43,376 nt of DNA from a virus. The notes beneath the pieces are model-generated. The model worked only from the letters and a program-made list of their open reading frames with translations. It did no database searches and was not told where the DNA came from. Of the stretch, positions 7,199 to 16,827 are shown piece by piece. Position 1 is the first letter of the stretch. Each line of letters begins with the position of its first letter. The stretch lies in the IMG/VR virus record IMGVR_UViG_3300009838_000005; one strand, given 5' to 3'. The position numbers were made by a program, and so were the translations under genes.

Positions 7199-8659
7199 AT
7201 GAGCCTCGCGGAAGCAATTCAGGCATTGCAGGACGAACACCTGACCATGACCAAGGAGGGGTGTACCGACCCCAACAAATGGGCAGCCCTGGAACGCAAA
7301 TATCTGCACTGGCTCAACCGATACCCCGACAGACCGGAGTTGCTATTCCAACTCGGCACCTATTACATGCAGCAGGATAAGCGCGGCCTTGCCATTGCGC
7401 TGATTGAGCGTTCCGTGAAGTGCGGCGCTCTTGGCGCTGGGCCTTATCTGAATATTGCCGCCGCCTATAAGCAGGACCATAACGACGAAAAGGCGCGGGA
7501 ATACTATGACAAGGCGCTTGTGGAGTCAGAGAAGCACCCGCCGCAAGGGCCGGTGAACAAAGACAAGGCTTTTGCGCTTCACGGCATCGGCTCTCTGTTT
7601 GTCAATGCCGGTCAGCCTGCCTTGTGCAAACTCTGGAGCGAACGCGCTCTTGCGGTAGACCCCGACGACCGCCACGCGCTTTGGAACAAGGGCCTCGCCC
7701 ATCTGGAACTCGGTGAGTGGGAGGAAGGCTTTAGAATTTACGACACCGCAGGCTTTGATCCGGGCGGCATCATGCCGACTGAGCGCAAGCTGAAGGCCTA
7801 CGGCGGCTTGCCCAAGTGGGACGGAACGCCGGGTCAAACGGTTGTGACATACGGTGAGCAGGGCGTGGGCGATGAAATCATGTTCGCGTCCATGATTCCC
7901 GACCTCATGAAGGACTGCAAGGTCATCGTGGATTGTGACAAGCGTATTGAAAAGATGCTGAAACGGTCCTTCCCCGATCTGGAAGCGGTCTACCCGACAA
8001 GCGATGTAAACGCGCCTTTCCCGTGGAAGGCAGACCACACGATTGATGCATTCGTCCCGATGGGAAGCCTGGGGCGGCACTACCGCAAGAAGGCGGCGGA
8101 CTTCCCGAAGGTGGCTTATCTCAAGGCGGACCCGGAGAAGATCGAGATTTGGGGCCAGCATCTTGCCACGCTGCCCAAGGGGTTGAATGTCGGCCTGTCA
8201 TGGGCCGGTGGCTTGCAGAAGACGCGCTTTGACAAAAGGACCATTATTCTGGACCACATGCAGCCGCTTCTTGAAACCAAGGGCGTGAACTTCATAAGCC
8301 TGCAATATCACCAATGGGCGGCGGATGAATGCGCCCGTGTCGGAAGCCGGATTGGCGTCCCCATCTACCATTGGGGCGATGCGATTGCGGACTATGAGGA
8401 CACAGCAGGGCTGCTGATGAACCTCGACCTTGTGATTACCGTCAACACGTCACTGCACCATTTGGCCGGTGCGCTTGGCGTGAAACAGTGGTGCATGACG
8501 CCCAAGTTTGTGGCGTGGCGATACGGAATATCTGGCGATAGCCCTTGGTATGGAAACTGTGAAATGTTCCGTCAGAAGAAAGATGGAGAATGGCGGGGGG
8601 TAATAGCCCGCGCCGCTGCCAAATTAACGACACTTGCTGATGTTAAGTTGGCCGCATGA
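7199..8659 (+). CDS. TPR-repeat protein with a C-terminal GT9-like (GT-B) glycosyltransferase domain (486 aa)
   Basis: The N-terminal half has TPR-type repeats. The C-terminal half carries KWDGTPGQTVVTYGEQGVGDEIMFASMIPDL and VGLSWAGG, the signature of TPR + glycosyltransferase-family-9-like proteins. Confidence 0.65.
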   Translation: MSLAEAIQALQDEHLTMTKEGCTDPNKWAALERKYLHWLNRYPDRPELLFQLGTYYMQQDKRGLAIALIERSVKCGALGAGPYLNIAAAYKQDHNDEKAREYYDKALVESEKHPPQGPVNKDKAFALHGIGSLFVNAGQPALCKLWSERALAVDPDDRHALWNKGLAHLELGEWEEGFRIYDTAGFDPGGIMPTERKLKAYGGLPKWDGTPGQTVVTYGEQGVGDEIMFASMIPDLMKDCKVIVDCDKRIEKMLKRSFPDLEAVYPTSDVNAPFPWKADHTIDAFVPMGSLGRHYRKKAADFPKVAYLKADPEKIEIWGQHLATLPKGLNVGLSWAGGLQKTRFDKRTIILDHMQPLLETKGVNFISLQYHQWAADECARVGSRIGVPIYHWGDAIADYEDTAGLLMNLDLVITVNTSLHHLAGALGVKQWCMTPKFVAWRYGISGDSPWYGNCEMFRQKKDGEWRGVIARAAAKLTTLADVKLAA

Positions 8660-9096
8660 AAAACGATATATGCAGCCGGATTTTTAACAGAATAACCGTC
8701 AACAAAGAGAATGGGTGTTGGGATTGGACTGGTAGTTGTGACGGTGCCGGATACGGACACCTCACATTTGAAGGAAAGACATGGAGGGCCACGCGTCTTT
8801 TGTACACCGCAATGCGGGGGGCCATTCCAGATGGAATGCAGGTTTGCCACAGTTGCGATAACAGAAAATGCGTAAATCCAGAACATTTGTTTCTTGGAAC
8901 AAATTCTGAAAATCAGAGAGATGCTTCGGTCAAGGGCAGACGGGGAGGACAAAAACTCACTTTTGAGCATCGTTCAGTCATTGACGGTATGAGGGCGGAC
9001 GGACTGAGTTATCATCAAATCGCCCGCGTTATGGGCGTTGCATCAATGACCATTCATAGGTTCTGCAATAGGCCCTGGAGGCGTGAGGCATGCTGA
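8656..9096 (+). CDS. Free-standing HNH homing endonuclease with a C-terminal HTH (146 aa)
   Basis: Motifs are CWDWTG...GYGH...VCHSCDNRKCVNPEHLFLGTNSENQRD plus LSYHQIARVMGVASMTIHRF. ATGA overlap upstream and ATGCTGA overlap downstream. Confidence 0.85.
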   Translation: MKNDICSRIFNRITVNKENGCWDWTGSCDGAGYGHLTFEGKTWRATRLLYTAMRGAIPDGMQVCHSCDNRKCVNPEHLFLGTNSENQRDASVKGRRGGQKLTFEHRSVIDGMRADGLSYHQIARVMGVASMTIHRFCNRPWRREAC

Positions 9097-9602
9097 TAAC
9101 TCCCGAATACAAGGCGCTTCAGAAGCAGTTGCACGCGGAGGCCCCGCACTACGGCGTGAGCGGTGAACGGTATACAGATATAGTCCGGCAGATCAGCGAT
9201 TGGGGCCGATTGCCTATTCTAGATTACGGCGCTGGCAAATGCACGCTGGCCAAGGCGCTAGGCCCTGCCTACCGCGTTACCAACTACGACCCTTGCATTG
9301 AAGGGCTGGACACGCCACCAGAACCGCATGACGTTGTGGCTTGCACGGACGTTATGGAGCACGTTGAAGCGGACTGCATCCGCGACACACTGGCGGAATT
9401 GCGACGCCTGACGAAGCAACGCATCCTGTTCGTCATCAGCGTTGTTCCGGCTCAGAAGGTGCTTGCGGATGGACGCAACGCGCACATTTCGCTGTACCCT
9501 GTAGAAACATGGATTGACATGATCCGCGCGGCAGGGTTCGAGCCCGGAGACAAGTTCGACGATGGCGAAGGCTTCAACACGTTTGGTCTCATATGCCGTT
9601 AA
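9090..9602 (+). CDS. Class I SAM-dependent methyltransferase (170 aa)
   Basis: Motif I is ILDYGAGKCTLAKALG. An acidic motif follows in VTNYDPC, and VVACTDVMEHVE is typical of the Methyltransf_11/23 type. No DNA-methyltransferase DPPY/NPPY motif was seen. Confidence 0.7.
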   Translation: MLITPEYKALQKQLHAEAPHYGVSGERYTDIVRQISDWGRLPILDYGAGKCTLAKALGPAYRVTNYDPCIEGLDTPPEPHDVVACTDVMEHVEADCIRDTLAELRRLTKQRILFVISVVPAQKVLADGRNAHISLYPVETWIDMIRAAGFEPGDKFDDGEGFNTFGLICR

Positions 9603-9835
9603 AGTATAAAATCGATCCGCTGAACGTAGACATTGAAGGCACGATTTGCGCCACGCTCCGCGCCATCTGGCGGGTAGCGGACAGTGCCGGGAACGACGAA
9701 ATAAAGGACTTGGCGGCAATTGCCTTCGACAAGGCAAACCGCATGGACAAGGCGCTGAGGAAATACCGCAAGCGGTTCATGCAACTGCCTGAAGTCGTGC
9801 AAATGGAACTGCATAACATCAAAGGAGACGAGTGA
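9593..9835 (+). CDS. Hypothetical protein (80 aa)
   Basis: The gene overlaps the methyltransferase stop and the next GTG start (GTGA). Its composition is charged and helical. Confidence 0.5.
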   Translation: MPLKYKIDPLNVDIEGTICATLRAIWRVADSAGNDEIKDLAAIAFDKANRMDKALRKYRKRFMQLPEVVQMELHNIKGDE

Positions 9836-10611
9836 ACTTGTACAAGGCGCTGACGAAAGCGGACATATTCAACGTTTGGGTGGGCTATGACAGCCGGGAG
9901 CCAGAAGCCTTCGACGTTCTCAAGGCATCAATCCTGAAGCACGCCACAATGGCCGTGAACATCCAGAAGCTGGACGAGCGGGCGTTGCGCCACGCTGGCC
10001 TCTACCGCCGCACATGGCAGGCGGACGGGTGCCAGAAGGTGGACAAGATCGACGGAAAGCCGTTCAGCACGGAGTTTTCGTTCACGCGGTTCCTGGTGCC
10101 TGCGCTGATGCAGTGGGAAGGCTGGGGGCTGTTCGTAGATTGCGACCAGATGTTCCTGACCGACATTGCCGAAATGCTCCACGAAATGGACCCGACGAAG
10201 GCGGTTCAGGTGTGCCAGCAGAACTATCAGCCGACCGAAGGGCTGAAGATGGACGGGCAGAAGCAGGAGCGATATTTCCGCAAGAACTGGTCGAGCGTGA
10301 TGCTGTTCAACTGTTCCCATATTGGGAACAAGTGGCTTACGCCGGATGTGGTGAGCACGGAAACGGGCTCATGGCTGCACGGCTTCGGCTGGTTGCCGGA
10401 CGGCGACATTGGCGACCTTGACCACGCTTGGAATTGGATCGATGGATGCACGCAGGTGCCGCCGAAAAACGTACATTTTACCTTGGGCGCGTGTTGGTTT
10501 CCCCATCTTCGCCATGCCGACCAGCCATACTTTGAGGAGTGGCGGCAAATGGCCAAAGAGATCGGTATTTGGCGTCATATGTGTGAAAAACAGGACAAGC
10601 AAACCGCATGA
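9832..10611 (+). CDS. GT8-like (GT-A fold, DxD) glycosyltransferase (259 aa)
   Basis: FTRFLVPALMQWEGWGLFVDCDQMFLTDIAEMLHEM matches the GT8 arrangement (RF.vP.L ... vD.D ... i.eL). GTG start in a GTGA overlap. Confidence 0.55.
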   Translation: MNLYKALTKADIFNVWVGYDSREPEAFDVLKASILKHATMAVNIQKLDERALRHAGLYRRTWQADGCQKVDKIDGKPFSTEFSFTRFLVPALMQWEGWGLFVDCDQMFLTDIAEMLHEMDPTKAVQVCQQNYQPTEGLKMDGQKQERYFRKNWSSVMLFNCSHIGNKWLTPDVVSTETGSWLHGFGWLPDGDIGDLDHAWNWIDGCTQVPPKNVHFTLGACWFPHLRHADQPYFEEWRQMAKEIGIWRHMCEKQDKQTA

Positions 10612-11093
10612 GCTTTAGAAAAGGCTGGGATTCAAGAACCCCAGGAACTTTGGAGCAACATTGGTCGCGCTATGTAAGTGACCGCCCCGCCAACACCTGC
10701 TGGGAATGGCAAGGAGCAAAAGACAAAGACGGGTATGGGAAGTTCTGCCACGACGGGAAGCACCTTCGTGGACATCGGGCTTCCTACATGATCCACCACG
10801 GTGAAATTCCTGATGGACTTTTGGTGTGCCACACCTGTGACAATCCATCTTGCGTGAACCCGGCGCATCTTTTTTTGGGCGATACGCGGATCAACACGAT
10901 CGACATGATTCAGAAGGACCGTGGGCCAAGGCAAAAACTGACAACCCAAGACGTTCTTAAAATCCGCGAGTTGCTAGCGGAAGGCTACGGAACGGAAGAC
11001 CTTGCCATAAAATTCAAGGTTCATAGGTATACTATTTGCCGCATTCGAAGCGGCAGGCGCTGGGGTCATGTGCCGAATGAGGCCGCAGCATGA
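10608..11093 (+). CDS. Free-standing HNH homing endonuclease with a C-terminal HTH (161 aa)
   Basis: Motifs are CWEWQG...GYGKF...VCHTCDNPSCVNPAHLFLGD. It is a paralogue of the genes at 8656, 24147(-) and 33974. ATGA overlaps at both ends. Confidence 0.85.
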   Translation: MSFRKGWDSRTPGTLEQHWSRYVSDRPANTCWEWQGAKDKDGYGKFCHDGKHLRGHRASYMIHHGEIPDGLLVCHTCDNPSCVNPAHLFLGDTRINTIDMIQKDRGPRQKLTTQDVLKIRELLAEGYGTEDLAIKFKVHRYTICRIRSGRRWGHVPNEAAA

Positions 11094-11266
11094 ACTTTCC
11101 AAAGCGCGGCGAAATTGCGCAACGTGTTCTCGACATGACCCGGCCTCAGTATGCGCGGGAGCCTGTCTCAAAGCCGCAAGTCACGGCACCAAACGACGAA
11201 TGCCCGAAGTGCGGGAAGCGCGTGGGGCGGGGCCGTTACATGCATATAAAGAATTGCAAGGGGTAA
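11090..11266 (+). CDS. Small zinc-ribbon-like protein (58 aa; below the ORF-track cutoff)
   Basis: MNFPKRGEIAQRVLDM...ECPKCGKRVGRGRYMHIKNCKG. ATGA overlap with the HNH stop. It ends 3 nt before the next RBS/ATG. Preferred over the Arg/Cys-rich 11068-11292 ORF. Confidence 0.5.
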   Translation: MNFPKRGEIAQRVLDMTRPQYAREPVSKPQVTAPNDECPKCGKRVGRGRYMHIKNCKG

Positions 11267-11269
11267 GGA

Positions 11270-11905
11270 ATGACCACCCGTTCCGACATTGAAGCGCAGA
11301 TTGCCGACGATCTGGCCCGTTCCGACCTTACCAGCCAAATCACGGCGGCGGTGAACACGGCTATTCGTTCCTATCGTTTCGAGCGCCTTGGCTTCAATGA
11401 GGCGTACAAGGTCACGGCCACGCTGTCCACGTCTGCCGATGTGATGACGCTGGCAAGCATTTCCGTCCGCTTCCGCAAGCTGGACCGGGTTCGCATTGTC
11501 CGCGCGGCGGGTGACTATCTCGACCTGTATCACCGGGATTATGATTGGATCATGAGCCGCCAGGACGTGCGCGTGACATGCCAGCCGGTAGAGTATGCCG
11601 TGTATAATCAAGCCATTCATTTCGACAGCATGGCGGATCAGGATTACACGCTGCTTCTGGACGGCCTCAAGGAGTTGGGAAGTGCGGCGTCCGCGTCCTA
11701 TTCCGCCCAAGACACTAGCGCATGGTTCAATGATGCCCGCGAACTGATCCGGCATCGTGCCAAGCGCGAACTGTATGCCAACGTGCTGAAGGACATGGAA
11801 CTGGCAGCGGCGGCGGGCGCGGCTGAGAAGGAAGCCCTTCGCATTCTCAAGGCCGAACACGGCGAACAGATCAGCACGGGCTTCATTCGCCCGACAGAGT
11901 TCTGA
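11270..11905 (+). CDS. Head-to-tail adaptor-like protein (211 aa; P22 gp4-position analogue)
   Basis: AAGGAATG RBS. The assignment rests on gene order and size upstream of a ~480-aa hub-like gene. No motif was recognised. Confidence 0.45.
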   Translation: MTTRSDIEAQIADDLARSDLTSQITAAVNTAIRSYRFERLGFNEAYKVTATLSTSADVMTLASISVRFRKLDRVRIVRAAGDYLDLYHRDYDWIMSRQDVRVTCQPVEYAVYNQAIHFDSMADQDYTLLLDGLKELGSAASASYSAQDTSAWFNDARELIRHRAKRELYANVLKDMELAAAAGAAEKEALRILKAEHGEQISTGFIRPTEF

Positions 11906-11907
11906 CC

Positions 11908-13368
11908 ATGCGTGTTCTGTTCGGACGGCTCCAGACGGACCAGCCCGACTTGCTCAACGGCGACCTTGAGCAGGCGGAAAACTGCATTCCGTACATTCAG
12001 AGTTACGGGCCGTTTCCCGAACCAGTGGCCTATTCCGCCGCCGCCGATAGCGTGGTGCGCGGGGCGTACTCAACCAAAGACCTGTCCGGCAACGTCTTCA
12101 CCGTGGTTGCCACGGCGGGCAGCCTGTACAAGGAGAGCAGCACGGCGCTGAACAATATCAGCCGCACGGCGTCTTACACGACCGCCGCTGATGGCCCGAA
12201 TTGGGAGTTCGAGACCTTCGGAAACACGGTCCTTGCGGCAAATGGTTCTGACCCCATGCAGGTCTATACCATCGGTACGTCAACCGCGTTCGCAGGACAG
12301 TCCGCTTCCGCTTCCGCGCCCATCGCAAGTCATATTGCCGTGGTGCGCGACTTCCTGTTTACCGGCAATCAGCCGAACATTGAAAACCGCGTGCAGTGGT
12401 CGCGCATCAACAATCCGCTCCGCTTCGATATTTCGCAGCGGTTCCAATCCGACTTCCAGGACTTGCCCGGAACAGATCAATCTATCAAGAAGGTTACGGG
12501 CGGTGACTTTGCGGCCATCCTGACAAACACGTCCGTCTGGCGGGCAACCTATGTCGGTGCGCCGCTCATCTTCCGCTTTGACGAGGTTGCCCGAAACGTA
12601 GGCTGCTATGCCTCCGGGTCAGCGGCCCGCTATCAAAACCTGACCTTCTTCCTGTCCGATTCCGGCATGTATGCCTTCGACGGGCAATCGTGCCAGCCCA
12701 TAGGCGTTGAACAGGTGGACGACGCAATCCTTGACGAGATAAACACAGGCTTCCTGAACCGCGTTACGTCCACCATTGACCCCGTAAATCGCCTCTACCT
12801 CATGGCATACCCGTCCACGGCGTCCACGGATGGAACGTGCAACCGCATTGCGATCTATTCATGGATCAAGCAGCGGTGGGCATTTGCTTCTGAGAACGTG
12901 GAGTTCCTATTCAACCACATGACCGGCGGCTACACGCTAGAGGGATTGGACGCGCTCGGCACGCTCGAAACGCTGGCCTTCTCTCTGGACAGTTCCGCAT
13001 ATCAGGGCGGCCTTTCGGCGCTCTCCTGCATCACGGCGGACCACAAGATCAGCCGGTTTACGGGCGATGCAAAGACGGCCCGCTTCACCACTGGCGAGGC
13101 AGAACTTGTGAAGGACGCCCGCGCCTTTGTGCGGTCGCTGCGCCCCCTGGTGCAGGGCAATTCCTCGACTTCAATCAACATCGAGGTTGGAGGCAGGGAC
13201 AGGCTTATTGACGCCGTATCATGGACCCCTGCGTCCGCGATGAATGCGACCGGTACTTGCCCGGTGAGGTCTAACGCCCGCTATCATCGCTTGCGGATGG
13301 AAGTCTCGGGCGGCTTCGAGGGCGTCATGGGTTCTGAGGTTGAGTTCACCAAGGAAGGCGTTCGGTGA
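11908..13368 (+). CDS. Tail hub/nozzle-like protein (486 aa; P22 gp10-position analogue)
   Basis: The size and synteny fit, and the sequence is beta-rich with repeated aromatic-Gly motifs. Assigned by position only. Confidence 0.45.
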   Translation: MRVLFGRLQTDQPDLLNGDLEQAENCIPYIQSYGPFPEPVAYSAAADSVVRGAYSTKDLSGNVFTVVATAGSLYKESSTALNNISRTASYTTAADGPNWEFETFGNTVLAANGSDPMQVYTIGTSTAFAGQSASASAPIASHIAVVRDFLFTGNQPNIENRVQWSRINNPLRFDISQRFQSDFQDLPGTDQSIKKVTGGDFAAILTNTSVWRATYVGAPLIFRFDEVARNVGCYASGSAARYQNLTFFLSDSGMYAFDGQSCQPIGVEQVDDAILDEINTGFLNRVTSTIDPVNRLYLMAYPSTASTDGTCNRIAIYSWIKQRWAFASENVEFLFNHMTGGYTLEGLDALGTLETLAFSLDSSAYQGGLSALSCITADHKISRFTGDAKTARFTTGEAELVKDARAFVRSLRPLVQGNSSTSINIEVGGRDRLIDAVSWTPASAMNATGTCPVRSNARYHRLRMEVSGGFEGVMGSEVEFTKEGVR

Positions 13369-13724
13369 GCAACCGCGTCTTCAGCCTTAACGATTCCGGC
13401 AACGCATTCCGCCGCACGGACGCCGCGCCGGTCAAGATCGGCGGCCTGTACAAGACCGATGACGGCATCAGCACCTTCACGGATGGGCAGGGCAACAAAT
13501 ATTGGTTCGTAGATACGACCGCCGCGCCCGTTGTGGTGCCGCTCCCTGCGGCCTCGGAGGCTACGGCGGACGTCATCCATACGGTCAAGATTATTGCCGG
13601 GTCCAACTCCTGCACTATCACGCCGGATAGCGGAAACATTGACGGCGCGGCCTCCTTTGCCTTCACCACGCTTTACGCCTCTTACTCTTGCGTGAGCGAT
13701 GGCGAAAACTACTGGATTATCTGA
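13365..13724 (+). CDS. Hypothetical virion-module protein (119 aa)
   Basis: GTG start in a GTGA overlap and TGATG overlap downstream. The gene is embedded in the tail gene run. Confidence 0.55.
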   Translation: MSNRVFSLNDSGNAFRRTDAAPVKIGGLYKTDDGISTFTDGQGNKYWFVDTTAAPVVVPLPAASEATADVIHTVKIIAGSNSCTITPDSGNIDGAASFAFTTLYASYSCVSDGENYWII

Positions 13725-14395
13725 TGAGTTATGAAAAGGACAAGCTGGACAGTTATGTGACAAGCGGGTCGCTCTCGACGGCGCTTGCTCCCTATGTCAC
13801 GTCTGCAAGCGTGTCCGCTGCAATTGCCGCCGCTGTTGGCACCATTGACCTATCGGCCTATGTCACCAGCAACAGCCTGTCTGCTGCCGTGGCAACGGAT
13901 GCGCTGACGGTGCGCGGCGCGGCTTCTGTATCCGCAACGCTTTCGGCAGGTGCCGTGACGGTTGCGGGGAGGCCCGTTGGGCCCGTTCTGCTCGGGTACA
14001 CGCCTTTGAGCGCAACACAGGAAGTGCGGTTTTCCGGCTCGTGGTCCGATTTTGCCATTCTCGAATTGGTTGTGCATTATCAGGTTGAGAGCGGCGCGGC
14101 ATCAACACGCCCGCTCGATATTTACAGCGATGGCGGAACAACGTCATTCCTGACAATGGGCAACACAGGCATGACGGCGGCAGCGAACCAGATCGTCATC
14201 ATGCAGGCCAGAATTGCGGGCGGGAACGGGCTAGGCGTCAAGTCGATATTCGCTGAAACATCACGCGCTCTTTTGGTGGGGTCGATGGTTATGACCTCAA
14301 CAGCGAATACGGCTGTTGTAAATTGCATCCAATACGCATCGACAGCCACCATGACGAGGGGCGCGGCAATGCTTTACGGGTGGCGTTCCTCATGA
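13724..14395 (+). CDS. Needle/fibre-like protein (223 aa)
   Basis: The N-terminus has repeated (S/A)YVTSxSLSxA motifs, which also occur in fibre gene 18895-19767. It occupies the P22 gp26 position. Confidence 0.5.
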   Translation: MSYEKDKLDSYVTSGSLSTALAPYVTSASVSAAIAAAVGTIDLSAYVTSNSLSAAVATDALTVRGAASVSATLSAGAVTVAGRPVGPVLLGYTPLSATQEVRFSGSWSDFAILELVVHYQVESGAASTRPLDIYSDGGTTSFLTMGNTGMTAAANQIVIMQARIAGGNGLGVKSIFAETSRALLVGSMVMTSTANTAVVNCIQYASTATMTRGAAMLYGWRSS

Positions 14396-14850
14396 GCAAA
14401 TACGCGGTTCACGGCGTCCCCGCTGATAACATTTACGGAGTGTGGGAAGACGCTTGGTCCTACCTCGAAAAGGCCATCGCCCGCTTTCCGAATGTGCCTG
14501 TTCCGTTTGACGAGGGGGCCGTTCTCAAGAAGCTGTTTGCCCGCGACATGCAATTGTGGATTGGCTGGGACATTGACGCCGCGCGGGTCACAGGGGCGCT
14601 GGTGACAGAGATTGTCAAGGATGCAAAGCACCCGGACAAGGTGTTCATGAGCATCCCGCTTGTGGGTGCCGACAACTGGAACGCCTGGGGCGATGAATTA
14701 TGGACGATGCTGAAGGCGTGGGGCGTTGAAAACGGCTGCACTCATGCGCTTGGCTACGGGCGGCGCGGATGGACGCGGCTTTATGGATTTGTGGATTGCG
14801 GCACGACTGACGGCGGATTGCCCATGTTCGTGCGTAGCCTAAAGAGGTGA
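14392..14850 (+). CDS. Hypothetical virion-module protein (152 aa)
   Basis: ATGA overlap with the upstream stop. ATG 14392 was chosen over the 14323 extension. Confidence 0.55.
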   Translation: MSKYAVHGVPADNIYGVWEDAWSYLEKAIARFPNVPVPFDEGAVLKKLFARDMQLWIGWDIDAARVTGALVTEIVKDAKHPDKVFMSIPLVGADNWNAWGDELWTMLKAWGVENGCTHALGYGRRGWTRLYGFVDCGTTDGGLPMFVRSLKR

Positions 14851-14853
14851 CAA

Positions 14854-15684
14854 ATGGGCAAAGGTCAGAATAACGAACAAAAGTCGGTTCAGAAGGCCGA
14901 ACCGTGGAAGCCTTTGCAGCCCTATCTGAAGGGCGCGTTTGCTGATGCGGAACGCAACTATCAGCAGGGCGCTCCGGGCTTCTTCCCCGGCCAGACGGTC
15001 GCGGGGCAGTCGGGATATACGACACAGGCTTATCAGAACATGGCGAACCGGGCCATGCAGGGCAACCCGCTCATGGGTCAGGCCAGCGGGGAGATCGGCA
15101 AGATACTCAGCGGGGATTACCTTGACCCCAATAACAATCCCGGCTTTCAGGGCGCACTTTCTGCCGCCATTCGGCCCGTCACAGACGCATTCCGCAATGA
15201 GGTGATGCCGGGGATTGACAGCGCGTTTTCGTCTGCGGGGCGGTACGGCTCTGGAATGCAGGGTCAGGCGTACAGCGATGCAAATCAGGATTTGGCGCGG
15301 GGCGTTGGCGACATTTCCTCGAACATGGCGTTTAACAACTACGGCATGGAACGCGGCAACATGATGAACGCGCTCGGCATGGCACCGGGCCTTGCCGCGA
15401 ACGATTACAAGGATATTTCAATGCTTGGCCTCGCAGGGCAGGGCATGGACGATTATAACCAGCGGCTTATTGATGCCGAACGTGAGCGGTACGATTACAA
15501 CGCCAACAAGGACATGAGTTGGCTTCAGAATTATGTGGGGCTTCTCGGTGGTGCGCCCGCTGGCAGCACGGAAAGCACGATGAAGACGCCCGCGCCAAAT
15601 CCGTGGGCAACGGCGCTCGGCCTCGGCTTGCAGGGTGCCAGTATGCTTGGCGGCTTGGGCGGCTATCGCCAAGGCATCTATTAA
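14854..15684 (+). CDS. Ejection/internal virion protein-like (276 aa)
   Basis: This is the first of three consecutive Gly/Ala/Gln/Asn-rich genes in the position of P22 gp7/gp20/gp16. Assigned by synteny only. Confidence 0.45.
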   Translation: MGKGQNNEQKSVQKAEPWKPLQPYLKGAFADAERNYQQGAPGFFPGQTVAGQSGYTTQAYQNMANRAMQGNPLMGQASGEIGKILSGDYLDPNNNPGFQGALSAAIRPVTDAFRNEVMPGIDSAFSSAGRYGSGMQGQAYSDANQDLARGVGDISSNMAFNNYGMERGNMMNALGMAPGLAANDYKDISMLGLAGQGMDDYNQRLIDAERERYDYNANKDMSWLQNYVGLLGGAPAGSTESTMKTPAPNPWATALGLGLQGASMLGGLGGYRQGIY

Positions 15685-15696
15685 GGGACCGATCAC

Positions 15697-16827
15697 ATGA
15701 ACCTTATCAAGAAATTCGTGACGGGCCTTGGCAATCAAACCGCGCCCTTCGGCTTCGCTCCCGATGACCCGGAAGCGGGCTACAAGGCGGGGCTTGGCTA
15801 TATTGGCGACATTGGCGCAAATCTCCTTGCCAACAATCAGGGCGGCGTGGACCCGTTCGCCAATCTCGGGACGTCCATGCTCCAAGCCAAGGACAGTTCC
15901 ACGCAGCGGAATAAAGAGCAGTACACGGCGCAACGGCTGATGGAAGAAGCTGCGATGAAGCGGCAGGAGCGGGAACAGGCGCAACAGCAGGCAGCACAGC
16001 GCGAGGAGTTGCTAAAGTCCCTGCCGCCTGATGTGCAGATGAAGGCACGGAGTGTTCCCGGCTATCTTGAGGCGTACATGAACGCCACTGATCCGGCGTT
16101 GCAACAGCCTGAACAGCAGAAACTTTACACCGTTGGCGGTGCGCTTGTGGACGCGGACGGGAATGTCCTTTATCAGGGCGACACCGGTAGCGGCTCTGGC
16201 GTTAAGTGGAAGACCGTGACGCTTGAAGATGGCGTTTATGCTGTTGACGAGGCAGACCCAACAAACAAGGTTAAGATTGGTGATAACAAAAAGGGCGACA
16301 CTCGCGCCTCTGCGACAGAACTAAAACAGCTTTGGGCTTCCGAAGACGAGTTGCCGATTCTCGACAATACCATTGATTCGCTTCAGGTGGCGCGTGAACT
16401 TAACAAGAAGACGTTTACAGGATGGACGGCTGGAACGCGCGGGTGGATTGGCACCGCGATTCCCGGTGCTGAAAATGTTGGTATTGATCCAGAAGCGGCA
16501 AAGGCAACGCGAGAGTTTGGACAGATCATGTCTCTTGAGGCAATCAAGGCTATGTCTGAAACTCTCAAGGGGGCGACAACTGACCGTGAGTTGGCGCAAT
16601 TCGTGGAAATTCTCGCCGACCCAAGCACCCCACCAACAATTCGGGAGCGCACAATTGATCGCATGATCTCTCTTGCTGAAAAAGTAAGAACGAACAAGTA
16701 CAATCGCGTTCAAGAACTGAGGCGTTCGCCCAATCAACCGGCGTCATCGGCAGACGGCATTCCTGATGGAATTACGCCTGATGAATGGAACGCAATGACT
16801 CCTGACGAGAGGGCGGAATGGCAATGA
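15697..16827 (+). CDS. Ejection/internal virion protein-like (376 aa)
   Basis: This is the second of the three-gene run. It has a Q/E-rich central coil (QEREQAQQQAAQREELLK). Confidence 0.45.
   Translation: MNLIKKFVTGLGNQTAPFGFAPDDPEAGYKAGLGYIGDIGANLLANNQGGVDPFANLGTSMLQAKDSSTQRNKEQYTAQRLMEEAAMKRQEREQAQQQAAQREELLKSLPPDVQMKARSVPGYLEAYMNATDPALQQPEQQKLYTVGGALVDADGNVLYQGDTGSGSGVKWKTVTLEDGVYAVDEADPTNKVKIGDNKKGDTRASATELKQLWASEDELPILDNTIDSLQVARELNKKTFTGWTAGTRGWIGTAIPGAENVGIDPEAAKATREFGQIMSLEAIKAMSETLKGATTDRELAQFVEILADPSTPPTIRERTIDRMISLAEKVRTNKYNRVQELRRSPNQPASSADGIPDGITPDEWNAMTPDERAEWQ

Noticed and set aside
11068-11292. A 74-aa ORF from the track (MCRMRPQHELSKARRNCATCSRHD...).
   Set aside because: It overlaps both neighbours out of frame and is Arg/Cys-rich. 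The 58-aa frame 11090-11266 is coupled to the HNH stop and ends just before the next RBS, so it was called instead.
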